DNA of 64,000 nucleotides from an uncultured Pelagibacteraceae bacterium (GCA_902624045.1 CACNVX010000004.1:683-64682), one strand, 5' to 3'. Positions 1-9,697 are shown, counted from the first letter of the stretch. Program-made: numbers and translations. Notes: generated from the letters alone by a model not told the origin.

Positions 1-47
1 AAGCCCAATCCTCCTATGAGCATCCAGCAGATAACGAGTCCTCTCAT
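1..47 (-). CDS. ABC transporter permease, N-terminus only (runs off window start), AfuB/FbpB-like
   Basis: ATG at 47 on the minus strand reads MRGLVICWMLIGGLG..., hydrophobic, 12 bp downstream of the binding-protein gene. Confidence 0.6.
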   Translation of the reverse strand, partial: MRGLVICWMLIGGLG

Positions 48-59
48 TAATTCCTAAAA

Positions 60-1097
60 TTATCTAGGAATTACAGATACATCGTTATCCCACTTGGATA
101 ACAGGCTCGCTCTAGTACTTTTATCTCCATAAACTTTAAAATTGTAATCAATCAAGTTAATTGTAGATAAATCTGGGGCATCAGGATCAGCTTTTGCTTT
201 TGTATTTGATGGTACCTGCAAGGATTTTCCTGAAGTAAAAACCATAGTTTGTATTGCAGGACTTAATGCCCAGTCATAAAACTTTTTAGCTTCCTTCATG
301 TTTCTTGCACCAGCAATAATACTCATTGATCCTACTTCATAACCAGTACCTTCAGCAGGAGATACTGTTACAACAGGCAAACCTTTTTTAGTTTGTTTAA
401 CACCATCGTGTTGAAAACAAATACCAATTAAGTTTTCACCTCGTCCAGTTGCTTTAATTGGAGCAGAACCAGATTTTGTATAAGTATTTATATTTGCATG
501 AAGTTTTTTCATGTAATCCCAACCTTTATCTTCCCCAAAAATTTGAAGAATTGTAGCTAAAGTTGTGTAAGCAGTTCCAGATGAATTAGGATTTGCTACT
601 TGGATTTCACCTTTATAAATTGGTTTTGTTAAGTCCATCCATGATTTAGGAGCTGGAAGACCTTTTTTTGCTAATAGATCTTTATTATATCCAAAACCTA
701 AAGCACCAACATAAATCCCTACAGATTTAAAGTCAGCATTTTTTGCTTGGTTTTGAGCAGCAGGTAATAAATCATTGAAGTGCTTTGATTTATATTTTTC
801 TGTTAGATTTTCTTGCGCAGCTGTTAAATGTGGATCACCGGTTCCACCAAACCAAACGTCTCCTTTTGGATTTGATGACTCTGCTTTAATTTTTGCAAAA
901 GTTTCACCACTACTTGCTCTTGTCATCGCAACTTTTGTACCTGTCTCTTTTTCGTAAGCTTGTTCAAGCATTTCACAAACATCTATTTCCACACTACAAT
1001 ATAATGTAAGTTTTGCCGCTGATGCTTTGTTTGTTAATCCAAACAATGTGATCGAAAAAAGAAGGACAATTGAAGCTATCTTGATTAGATTTTTCAT
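60..1097 (-). CDS. ABC transporter substrate-binding protein, AfuA/Fe3+-thiamine family (sugar-phosphate-binding-like)
   Basis: Signal peptide MKNLIKIASIVLLFSITLFGLTNKASA; motifs WFGGTGDPH, ANPNSSGTAY, FQHD, EGTGYEVG. Start moved to ATG 1097, which follows an AGAGGA RBS. Confidence 0.8.
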   Translation of the reverse strand: MKNLIKIASIVLLFSITLFGLTNKASAAKLTLYCSVEIDVCEMLEQAYEKETGTKVAMTRASSGETFAKIKAESSNPKGDVWFGGTGDPHLTAAQENLTEKYKSKHFNDLLPAAQNQAKNADFKSVGIYVGALGFGYNKDLLAKKGLPAPKSWMDLTKPIYKGEIQVANPNSSGTAYTTLATILQIFGEDKGWDYMKKLHANINTYTKSGSAPIKATGRGENLIGICFQHDGVKQTKKGLPVVTVSPAEGTGYEVGSMSIIAGARNMKEAKKFYDWALSPAIQTMVFTSGKSLQVPSNTKAKADPDAPDLSTINLIDYNFKVYGDKSTRASLLSKWDNDVSVIPR

Positions 1098-1256
1098 TAT
1101 TTCCTCTCTAAGTTTATATTTATTCAAAAAACTTATTATGAAATTTACAAAAATGTTACTATTTTATTAGTATATTCACTTACAGGTTTAAAATTTATTT
1201 ATACAATTAAATGATGTATATTCTATGTGTTCTTTCTAGATGGGGAGGGAGAAGAC

Positions 1257-2108
1257 TTGGAAATAGTTACAAAAATAGCGCCAATCATATTGGCTTTGAT
1301 AATGTTAGGCTTAGGCCTAGGATTAAAATTAGAAGATTTTGGCAGAGTATTAAAAACACCAAAAGATTTTATTGTAGGTTTTATATCTCAATTAATAATT
1401 CTTCCACTTATAGCATATATATTAATTTTAATTTTTAGATCACCACCAGAAATAGCAATAGGGGTTATGATTATAGCGGCAGCTCCGGGTGGCGTTACAT
1501 CTAATATTATGACAAAATTTGCTGATGGAGATGTTGCATTATCAATATCTTTGACTGCTGTAATTAGTTTATTAAGTATAATTACAGTTCCGTTAATAAT
1601 TTTTACATCTGCAGATTTTCTTGGAATAACAGAATTTTCACAAAATATTTCAATGACAGGAATTGCGCTAAAAATGTTTTTAGTTGTAACGGTGCCTGTA
1701 ATTTTAGGAATGATCATCAGAAAATTTGCTGAAAATTTTGTAGCGTCTAAAGTTGGAATTTTTAATAAATTAAACGTTGTTTTATTTATAATTTTCTTTT
1801 TTGCAGCGTTTTATGAAGAAAAAGAGAATTTAATTAGCTTTATAATGCAAGCTGGTTTAATTACTTTAATATTAAATGTATCGATGATGCTTATTGCCTA
1901 CTACATCGCAAAAGCTTTTACTTCAGGAGTTAAACAAATGAGGTGTATTGCTTTAGAATGTGGATTACAAAATGGTACTTTAGCTATATTTGTTTCTACC
2001 CAAATATTTGGCACCGATATATTATACGCAATTCCAACAGCTGCTTATGCACTAATAATGTATATTACTGGATTTATTTTTATTTATATTTTAAGAAGAT
2101 CTAATTAA
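1257..2108 (+). CDS. Bile acid:sodium symporter (BASS) family transporter
   Basis: Multi-TM protein with APGGVTSN and ECGLQNG motifs; probable TTG start at 1257 after GGGGAGG (ORF track starts at 1227). Confidence 0.85.
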   Translation: MEIVTKIAPIILALIMLGLGLGLKLEDFGRVLKTPKDFIVGFISQLIILPLIAYILILIFRSPPEIAIGVMIIAAAPGGVTSNIMTKFADGDVALSISLTAVISLLSIITVPLIIFTSADFLGITEFSQNISMTGIALKMFLVVTVPVILGMIIRKFAENFVASKVGIFNKLNVVLFIIFFFAAFYEEKENLISFIMQAGLITLILNVSMMLIAYYIAKAFTSGVKQMRCIALECGLQNGTLAIFVSTQIFGTDILYAIPTAAYALIMYITGFIFIYILRRSN

Positions 2109-3064
2109 GAATTTATTATTCTTATCTGATTAAAAACTTTATAGATAAAATGACTCAAGGAAATCATATTTTTATTCACCATTCCCTTAGTTGTTATAAA
2201 AGCACTATCTTTAGCATTGAACGTAATTAATTTTTTTTCATTTTTATGAAGATATTTTTTATCAATTAAATATTTTAGTTTTCTGACAACTGTAGGTCTT
2301 GGGATACCAGTTATCTCAGAAATTGACATGGCATTTACACCTCTATTATCAGAGCCCATAAGTTGTTTGTGGTATGAACGCATTAAATTTTTTGGAATAA
2401 AATCTTTATTTTTAACTGCGTTTATTACTACAACCATACCAATGCCCAAACTTTCCAAATCTTTTAACTCTTTTCTCCATCTATTCATATAAATAAACCA
2501 AAATTTATTAAACTGATATAAGCAGTAAGAAAAATTTTCTTTTATAGCCAGTATTATTTCATTAATAGAATAAACTTCATTTACTAGTTTCTCTTTTTGT
2601 AAAATTTTATTAAATTCATGCAACATAGTTGCAATTTCTGTAAGTGTTTCAACTGCTTTAGCTGAGTATAGAGTATCCCTAACAACAAAAATTTTTTTAC
2701 CAACCCTTCTAATTGTTCCAATTTTCTGTAATTCCAAAACTTTTCTTCTAATACTTTCTTTTGGAACCCCTAGATCTTTTGATATGTCTGAAATGTTAAT
2801 TTTATCAATTTCAATTGATTTTTTTTCGTAAAATGTTTCGTAGTTAATTTTTAAGCCATTTTGCCTAAAATATATAAGGTCTTGATGTATCAAATATATA
2901 ACTATGACGAACTTATCTATGTCTTTCCAATGATCATAGGCTCTTACAAACCAATTGCTTGTCAAAGTAAAATAGGAGGGTGCTAGTGCGGCAAAGTTAT
3001 CTTGAATTACTTTATTGATTATCTTCTCATCAATATGCTCGGATATACTGGGTAAAGTGTTCAT
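2105..3064 (-). CDS. Putative DNA-binding protein with two winged-HTH-like repeats
   Basis: INISDISKDLGVPKESIRRKVLELQKIG and VNAMSISEITGIPRPTVVRKLKYLIDKK are two related HTH-like segments. Confidence 0.65.
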   Translation of the reverse strand: MNTLPSISEHIDEKIINKVIQDNFAALAPSYFTLTSNWFVRAYDHWKDIDKFVIVIYLIHQDLIYFRQNGLKINYETFYEKKSIEIDKINISDISKDLGVPKESIRRKVLELQKIGTIRRVGKKIFVVRDTLYSAKAVETLTEIATMLHEFNKILQKEKLVNEVYSINEIILAIKENFSYCLYQFNKFWFIYMNRWRKELKDLESLGIGMVVVINAVKNKDFIPKNLMRSYHKQLMGSDNRGVNAMSISEITGIPRPTVVRKLKYLIDKKYLHKNEKKLITFNAKDSAFITTKGMVNKNMISLSHFIYKVFNQIRIINS

Positions 3065-3076
3065 ACATTTTAAAAA

Positions 3077-3125
3077 AACCCAATATGAACAATATCAAAG
3101 AATGAGTCAACCCATTTTGGACAAT
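3077..3125. promoter_or_regulatory. Imperfect 17-bp direct repeat in a divergent promoter region, candidate operator
   Basis: aacccaatatgaacaat (3077-3093) and aacccattttggacaat (3109-3125), 14/17 identical, 32-bp period. Confidence 0.4.
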
Positions 3126-3167
3126 TGAACTATATAAAAACAAATAAATAAATGATTATTTAATCAC

Positions 3168-3365
3168 ATGAGTACAGAAAGCTTAAATAGAACATCTGAG
3201 ATTGTAGAGACCCCCTCTCAATATGTTGACGCTCCAAAAAGAGTTAATGTGGATGTTCTTAAGCAAAGGCTTCTAGAAGAAAAGAAGAAGGAAAAAGTTA
3301 AACGAACAATAATTTTATCATCTGTTATCGTTTCTTTGGGTGCTCTAACGATGTTAACTTATTAA
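3168..3365 (+). CDS. Small protein with C-terminal membrane anchor (hypothetical)
   Basis: 65 aa; NVDVLKQRLLEEKKKEK then a hydrophobic C-terminal helix; resembles the ORF at 13317. Confidence 0.65.
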   Translation: MSTESLNRTSEIVETPSQYVDAPKRVNVDVLKQRLLEEKKKEKVKRTIILSSVIVSLGALTMLTY

Positions 3366-4358
3366 GTTTTCCAAATCTTTCTTAATCATATCCGGTATAA
3401 AAATTTCTTTTTTCGAGTTATTTTTATACCGGTTAAATTTATTTTGGCCTGGATACATTATTTCTTTAACTCCTTTAATCTTAGGAAGTTTTTTTATTGT
3501 TTTAATATTATCTTTAATTCGTTGGTTATAATTTTTTTGAAATAAATTTGCTTTAAAAGTTATAAACAAATGTCCAATATTTTGTGGACCTGAAAAATCA
3601 TCAAATGGATCTTTAACTCTTCCTGCGTGATTTCCTCCAGTTAAAACTCCACTTAATATATCTACCATCCATGCAAGTCCAGAACCTCTAAAACCTGAAA
3701 TAGGTAATTGTACTCCAGCTAATGCCTTTTTAGCATCTGTAGTTGGTTTACCAAATTTATCTAACGCAACACCAGCGGGAATTGATTGATTGTTTCTTGC
3801 TGCAACTCTTATTTTTCCTCTATTAATCATTGAAATTGATGTATCTAAAATAAATGGAATTTTAGAACCTGTAGGTGATCCAAAACAAATTGGGTTTGTA
3901 CCAAATAATGTTTTTAATGCACCATGTGGAGCAATTGCTGGTGGAGCATTCGTATAGATCATTGTAATTAAATTTTTCTTTACTGCTTGTTCAGCGTAAT
4001 AACCTGATAAGCCATAGTGACCACTATTTTTAACTGCTACCATTCCTATTCCAGTTTTTTGTGCATGCTTAATTGTTGTTTTAATTCCTAAATCAGCTGC
4101 AACAAAACCAATACTATTATTTGCATCTATGTGTGAAATAGAAGAAGAAATCTTTTTAATTTTTATTTTTGGTTTTGGATTAATTACTTTTTTAGAAATT
4201 CGATCACAGTACATTTTAAGCCTTGATAAACCATGACCATATGCACCAACTAATTCAGCGTTTATCAATGCATTTGCAGAAATTAAAGCATGATCTTTAC
4301 TTAGACCAAATTTTTGAAATATTTTAATAACTTGTTTTTTTAAAATTGGGGTCTTCAT
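3354..4358 (-). CDS. Ldh_2 family NAD(P)-dependent oxidoreductase (malate/L-lactate/sulfolactate dehydrogenase, ComC-like)
   Basis: GHGLSRL, NSGHYG, GTNPI and FRGSGLAWMVDIL motifs of the Ldh_2/AllD family. Confidence 0.85.
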   Translation of the reverse strand: MKTPILKKQVIKIFQKFGLSKDHALISANALINAELVGAYGHGLSRLKMYCDRISKKVINPKPKIKIKKISSSISHIDANNSIGFVAADLGIKTTIKHAQKTGIGMVAVKNSGHYGLSGYYAEQAVKKNLITMIYTNAPPAIAPHGALKTLFGTNPICFGSPTGSKIPFILDTSISMINRGKIRVAARNNQSIPAGVALDKFGKPTTDAKKALAGVQLPISGFRGSGLAWMVDILSGVLTGGNHAGRVKDPFDDFSGPQNIGHLFITFKANLFQKNYNQRIKDNIKTIKKLPKIKGVKEIMYPGQNKFNRYKNNSKKEIFIPDMIKKDLENLIS

Positions 4359-4374
4359 TTCATCCCCTTAACAT

Positions 4375-6300
4375 TTATCCTTTTCCACGCCAAGGAATAG
4401 TTTTATCTATTATTTTTCTTAATGTAATATCAAATAAAAGACCTAACAAACCCATAATAAATATCGTTATCCAAATAACTTCATATTGGAAGTATTTTTT
4501 AGCGACGTTTTCAACAAAACCAATACCAGTTGTACCTGCAAGAAACTCTGCAGCAACAAGTGTTCCCCAGCACATACCAACAGCAACTCTAATTCCTGTG
4601 AGAATTTCAGGAAGTGAATTAGGGAAAATTACATATCGTAAAATTTGTTTTTTAGTAGCCCCTAATGAGTGTGCAGCATGTATTTTTGAAAGTTGTGTTC
4701 CTGATGCACCAGCTCTTGCAGAAATAATCATAATTGAAAGTGAGACCATGAATAATAAAAATATTTTACCCGTATTATCTATTCCAAGAACTGAAATAAT
4801 CAATGGCGCCCAAGCTAACGGTGGAACAGGTCTGTATAATTCGATTAAAGGATCAAAGAAGCCTTTAGCAAATCGATTTAAACCCATAAACAATCCTAAT
4901 GGCACCCCAATAAGAATTCCAAATACTAAACCCAAAAATACTCTTAAGAATGAGTCCCATATGTGTCCATATGGAACAGGCACTTTAAATAATTTAAAGT
5001 CACCAGTAACAACTTTTAAAACTTTACTTTTAAAGTTTTCTTTTACAATTCCATCTTTTGTATGCACTGGATATTCACCAGGCAATATATCTGCTATCCA
5101 ATCCGGTAAAATAAATCCTATCATTTTACTTACATCAACCATCTCAATCCATAAAAGAGGAATATTTTTGTAGCCAACACTTGGTTTTGACATCAGGATA
5201 AATTTGTTAAAAGTATCAGATGGTTTTGGTAACCATCTTCCTGATCCTTGCTCTGAACATGTTGGTCCACTTGCAACAATTGTTCCAGCAGGAAATAAAA
5301 GAATATCAATTAACCTTAATCCACCTTGTTCTTTATTTTGTAACTCATCAAATTCAACAATTGCAGCCTGCATTTCTTTTAGTGCATTAGGAGGGTAGAT
5401 ACTTGCAAACTCTATTCTTCTTGCAATTTTAACAATGTTCTTTGCGTAATCAGATGCGATTTCTTGATTATCATCTAAACTGTTTCTATAAGCTTTAATA
5501 TCATCTTTAAGTTGTTTGACTGCGTTTTTAAACTGTGGGTTATGGTTTTTTAATTTAAAAAATTTGTCGTCAATTTTTTTTAGCTCTGCTGCGGCTGCAT
5601 GAAATTTTAAACCTTTATTCGTTTGAGGTGCGGTCGGTATTTCTATGGTGTTTTCTATAGAACCACTCCCAGAATCTATTGTTGTTATCCCCCAACCACC
5701 TTGTTCATTAATAAGTTTTTGTCTTTCATTTTTTTCAGCACCTGTTTCAAAAGGATAACCTTTCTTTTGGAAATTTAAACTTAGAAGTTTTATTTCCTCT
5801 GTCATTTCTTTAATTTTAATTTTAGTTTCCATTTCCATTAGCTCTTCACTAGTTAAGAAAGGAATTAATTTAGATGTTCTATCAATATAGCTCACTAGAA
5901 TTGTTTTTTGCTGATCATTTAAATCTGAAGATCCATTTATCTCACTAGCAATTTTTTTTAGGTTTTTATTTTCAATTTTTATAATTGATGTGCTTTTGAA
6001 TTCTCTTTCCTCAATAGGGAATTGGTACTTTAAACCTAACAATGACTCATTAATTTTAGCTACCTGGCATAATTCATTTGCTGATTTTGGATAAAAACCT
6101 TTTGCTATATCCCATGAATAATAAAGCCATAGCATCAGAATTGCACTACTACCTACAATTATCCAGTGTGTTCCACCTTTAGCTCTTTCCGGATTACCAA
6201 AGACAGCATCCACTTTTTCAGTTCTAATTAATCTTCTTCCATAAAGAATACATCCAATTACAGCTACAAATATTAAGATAGTTACAAATTGGGTTAACAT
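4375..6300 (-). CDS. tauC: Taurine/sulfonate-type ABC transporter permease with a long N-terminal extension
   Basis: C-terminal permease (RPVPPLAWAPL, AAHSLGA, LVAAEFL) preceded by two TM helices and a large soluble region; operon with tauA/tauB-like genes. Confidence 0.75.
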   Translation of the reverse strand: MLTQFVTILIFVAVIGCILYGRRLIRTEKVDAVFGNPERAKGGTHWIIVGSSAILMLWLYYSWDIAKGFYPKSANELCQVAKINESLLGLKYQFPIEEREFKSTSIIKIENKNLKKIASEINGSSDLNDQQKTILVSYIDRTSKLIPFLTSEELMEMETKIKIKEMTEEIKLLSLNFQKKGYPFETGAEKNERQKLINEQGGWGITTIDSGSGSIENTIEIPTAPQTNKGLKFHAAAAELKKIDDKFFKLKNHNPQFKNAVKQLKDDIKAYRNSLDDNQEIASDYAKNIVKIARRIEFASIYPPNALKEMQAAIVEFDELQNKEQGGLRLIDILLFPAGTIVASGPTCSEQGSGRWLPKPSDTFNKFILMSKPSVGYKNIPLLWIEMVDVSKMIGFILPDWIADILPGEYPVHTKDGIVKENFKSKVLKVVTGDFKLFKVPVPYGHIWDSFLRVFLGLVFGILIGVPLGLFMGLNRFAKGFFDPLIELYRPVPPLAWAPLIISVLGIDNTGKIFLLFMVSLSIMIISARAGASGTQLSKIHAAHSLGATKKQILRYVIFPNSLPEILTGIRVAVGMCWGTLVAAEFLAGTTGIGFVENVAKKYFQYEVIWITIFIMGLLGLLFDITLRKIIDKTIPWRGKG

Positions 6301-7098
6301 TTAATTTTCTTTCCCCATAATTTCTTCTTCCATATCCCATATCATGGATAAGATTTCTTCTCTGGTAGAAGAGAATTCCTTATTCTTTTTTATTTCTCTT
6401 AAATCTTGTGTAAGACCCATTTCTGCAAATGGAAGATTATACTCTTTATGTATTCTACCTGGTCTTGGTGCCATTACATATAATCTTTCTCCAAGTAACA
6501 ATGCTTCTTCGACGGAGTGTGTAATTAAGATAATTGTTTTTCCAGTTTCCTTCCAAATTTTTAAAACTAATGACTGCATTTTTTCTCTCGTTAATGCATC
6601 TAAAGCTCCTAATGGTTCGTCCATTAAAATTAAATCAGGATCGTTTATTAAACATCTTGCAAGAGCAACTCTTTGCTGCATACCACCTGATAATTGATAA
6701 GTAGGAGTATTACCAAAACCTTTAAGACCAACTATATCTAACCATTCATCAACTTTCTTAGCTGTAACCTCTGGATCTTCTTTTTTCATCCTAAGACCAA
6801 AATTTACATTTTCAGCAACTGTTAACCACTCAAACAATGCTCCTTGTTGGAATACCATTCCTCGTTCAACACCAGGTCCATCTATCTCGTTATTATTAAG
6901 AGTTATACTTCCTGATGTGGGTCTTAAAAAACCAGCAGTAATATTTAGGAGAGTTGTTTTTCCACAACCAGAGGGACCAAGGACTGTAAGTAATTCTCCT
7001 TTTTTAAGAGTAAAACTCACATCTTTTAGTGCATGAACAGTTTCTCCTTTTGGAGTTTTAAAAATCATATTTAAATTTTGAGAAACTAGATCGCTCAT
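6301..7098 (-). CDS. tauB: Taurine/sulfonate ABC transporter ATP-binding protein
   Basis: Walker A GPSGCGKT, LSGGMQQR signature, LMDEP, ITHSVEEA. Confidence 0.85.
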   Translation of the reverse strand: MSDLVSQNLNMIFKTPKGETVHALKDVSFTLKKGELLTVLGPSGCGKTTLLNITAGFLRPTSGSITLNNNEIDGPGVERGMVFQQGALFEWLTVAENVNFGLRMKKEDPEVTAKKVDEWLDIVGLKGFGNTPTYQLSGGMQQRVALARCLINDPDLILMDEPLGALDALTREKMQSLVLKIWKETGKTIILITHSVEEALLLGERLYVMAPRPGRIHKEYNLPFAEMGLTQDLREIKKNKEFSSTREEILSMIWDMEEEIMGKEN

Positions 7099-7123
7099 AA
7101 ATTCTTTATATTAGAAATTTTGT

Positions 7124-7162
7124 AAAAAAAATAGGCACCAATTGTTAAATCAGTGCCTATTT
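7124..7162 (-). terminator. Intrinsic terminator-like stem-loop after tauA
   Basis: aaataggcac...gtgcctattt inverted repeat, with a T-run on the minus strand, between tauA and tauB. Confidence 0.7.
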
Positions 7163-7182
7163 AAAATTTTAAACCCTTAAAA

Positions 7183-8124
7183 TTATAAAGGTAAGAAACT
7201 TGTATCTACGTTTCCACCTGGAGTTCCCATTCCTTTTAAGAATGCATCTAAGTTTCCACTTGTCATAGATTGTTTAGTTTCTTCTGGAGTTAAGAATTTA
7301 AATCCACTTAAAGTATCTTTCATATCTGAAACTTTCATCTCTGAAGCTTTAGACATTGCGTTCAAGTCAGCTTTTCCAGCTTTGTATCTAGCGTTAGCCT
7401 CATGAGTTACCTCTATGAAAGTTCTTAACATACCTGGGTTTTCTTTCATGAATTTATCTGTAACAGATGTTATATCTATACCTAAGATACCAGCTGCTCT
7501 AGCCTCATCTACAGTTAGCAGTCTAGATCCAACTGCAGTTGCCGCTTTTATAGAATTACCACCAAATAAACATGCCATTACAACATCGCCGCTTACTAAT
7601 GCAGCAGCACCTTCTTCAGGGTCCATTTGGATAATATCCATTTTACCTCTGTCAGCACCAACAACTTTCATACTTTCATCAAAAACGTATTCAGCCATTG
7701 TTCCTAATGGAACAGCAACTTTTTTACCTTCTAATTCAGTTGCGTTTGCTTTTGTAATTCCAGAAGCATTAGATGTAACACATGTAGTTCCACCCATTCC
7801 GTATTCCATAGCAATATCAACTAATTTGATAGGCGCATTAGATTTTACAGCATTGATAAAAGGTACTAATCCTTGAGAGTAAGAAATATCAATATCTCCT
7901 GCTAACATTGCATCAGTCATAGCTCCACCGTTTGTGAAGTTTGTCCATTTAACTGGAACACCAAGAGCTTTAGCAAAATTCTTCTTCTGCATGTCCTCTA
8001 GATTTGGACTTGGCCATTCTAGAAAGTACGCAACTCTAACCTCATTTGCAGCCGAATTAGCAACTGAAATTGATAGGTTAAGTGCAAAAATAGATCCTAG
8101 AATAAAACTTAGTATTTTTTTCAT
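7183..8124 (-). CDS. tauA: Taurine ABC transporter substrate-binding protein
   Basis: Signal peptide; VRVAYFLEWPSPN, SYSQGLVPF and LEGKKVAVPLGT typical of alphaproteobacterial TauA-like proteins. Confidence 0.75.
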   Translation of the reverse strand: MKKILSFILGSIFALNLSISVANSAANEVRVAYFLEWPSPNLEDMQKKNFAKALGVPVKWTNFTNGGAMTDAMLAGDIDISYSQGLVPFINAVKSNAPIKLVDIAMEYGMGGTTCVTSNASGITKANATELEGKKVAVPLGTMAEYVFDESMKVVGADRGKMDIIQMDPEEGAAALVSGDVVMACLFGGNSIKAATAVGSRLLTVDEARAAGILGIDITSVTDKFMKENPGMLRTFIEVTHEANARYKAGKADLNAMSKASEMKVSDMKDTLSGFKFLTPEETKQSMTSGNLDAFLKGMGTPGGNVDTSFLPL

Positions 8125-8316
8125 TTATTCCCCTATGTTTAATTAATTAAATTCTCGATATTTAAATTCAAATTGGCACTGAAGTAAAACAAAAAAAGAA
8201 ACTTATACAATCCTTAGTTGTGTCAATAATGTGGTAGTTAATCTATTTATTTTAGTCTAAAGAAGCCGTAAAGTTAAAACTTAAAAACAAATTAAAAAAT
8301 TTATAGAAAGTAATTT

Positions 8317-9663
8317 ATGAGCTCAGAGAGTAGAACATCAGTTCCAAATTCATTAAATGAACATTGGATGCCGTTTACATCCAACAAAGATTTTAAAGCC
8401 AACCCAAGGCTAATTACTGAAGCAAAAGGAGTTTATTTAAAAACTCATCATGGAAAAACACAAATTGATGCAAGCTCAGGATTATTTTGTAATCCATTAG
8501 GTCATGGAAGAAAAGAAATAACAGAGGCTGTAACTAAGCAGTTAGAAACTTTAGATTATGCCCAACCATTCCAACAAGGTTTTGGTGGATCATTTGAATT
8601 AGCAACTAAGATTTCAAAACATACTCCAGGCGATTTAAATAAAATGTTTTTTACAATTTGTGGATCTACTGCAGTTGAAACAGCAATTAAAATTGCAATT
8701 GCTTATCATAGAGCAAAAGGGAATGCACATAGATTTAGATTTGTTGGACGTGAGAGAGGATACCACGGAATGAACATAGGATGTGTTTCTGTTGGTGGAA
8801 TGATTAATAATGTTAAAACATTTGCAAGTATATTAATGCCAGGTGTTCAACACATGAGACATACTCATTTACCCGAACATAAGTTTGTTAGTGGTCAACC
8901 AGAAACAGGTGGAGACCTTGCTGAAGATTTAGAGAGAATTGCGAGCAATTTTGGTCCTGAAAATATTGCAGCATGTATTGTTGAACCAATTGCAGGATCT
9001 ACTGGAACTTTAGTTCCACCAAAAGGATATTTACAAAGATTGAGAGAAATTTGCGATAAACACGGAATACTTTTAATTTTTGACGAAGTTATTACAGGAT
9101 GGGGCAGAACTGGTTCTGCATTTGCTAGTCATGAATTTGGCGTAACACCAGACATAATGACAATGGCAAAAGCAACTACAAACGGAGTTGTTCCAATGGG
9201 TGTTGTAGCATGTAAAGACGACATCTATGATGCTGTAATGGATGCATCTCCAATGGGGTCAGTAGAATTATTTCATGGTTATACTTATTCAGGTATTCCT
9301 GTTGCAGTAGCAGCAGCTTTAGCTGTGCAAGACATTTTTGAAAAAGAGGATATTTTTGAAAGAGCAAAAAATTTATCACCTTATTTTCAAAAAGGACTTT
9401 TCTCACTCCAAGACTTGGATGCTGTAGAAAATATAAGAGGATACGGAATGATGGGCGGTATAGATATGAAATTAAATACCAAACCTGGTAAAGCTGGTTT
9501 GGAAACCTTTAAGTCTTGCTATGAAGCAGGTGTTAACTTTAAAGCAACAGGTGATTGTTTAATTATTGCTCCACAATTTATATGTGAAGAAAAACACATT
9601 GATGAGATTATTGATAAATTAAGAACAGGTATTACCAACTACCAAAAAAATCAGAAAAACTAG
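8317..9663 (+). CDS. Class III PLP aminotransferase (omega-amino acid/taurine:pyruvate aminotransferase)
   Basis: HWMPFT, SSGLFC, GYHG, FDEVITGWGR, MAK PLP lysine; divergent from tauABC and upstream of ald. Confidence 0.85.
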   Translation: MSSESRTSVPNSLNEHWMPFTSNKDFKANPRLITEAKGVYLKTHHGKTQIDASSGLFCNPLGHGRKEITEAVTKQLETLDYAQPFQQGFGGSFELATKISKHTPGDLNKMFFTICGSTAVETAIKIAIAYHRAKGNAHRFRFVGRERGYHGMNIGCVSVGGMINNVKTFASILMPGVQHMRHTHLPEHKFVSGQPETGGDLAEDLERIASNFGPENIAACIVEPIAGSTGTLVPPKGYLQRLREICDKHGILLIFDEVITGWGRTGSAFASHEFGVTPDIMTMAKATTNGVVPMGVVACKDDIYDAVMDASPMGSVELFHGYTYSGIPVAVAAALAVQDIFEKEDIFERAKNLSPYFQKGLFSLQDLDAVENIRGYGMMGGIDMKLNTKPGKAGLETFKSCYEAGVNFKATGDCLIIAPQFICEEKHIDEIIDKLRTGITNYQKNQKN

Positions 9664-9697
9664 TTTTTATTTATTCAAATATACATAAAGAGAGTTC

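Noticed and set aside
4346-5173. 275-aa plus-strand ORF opposite tauC, and the other antisense or nested ORFs in the track (e.g. 775, 1388, 6344, 7415, 11213, 41237, 50264, 56600)
   Set aside because: They lie wholly on or opposite well-supported genes, have no motifs, and are the expected shadow frames of AT-biased codon usage
8138-8151. Palindrome tttaattaattaaa upstream of tauA, and many TTAA-based CtrA-like motifs
   Set aside because: Pure A/T motifs are expected by chance at this composition
8173-8190. TTGGCAC resembling a sigma54 -24 element in the tauA/aminotransferase gap
   Set aside because: No TTGC at the required -12 spacing
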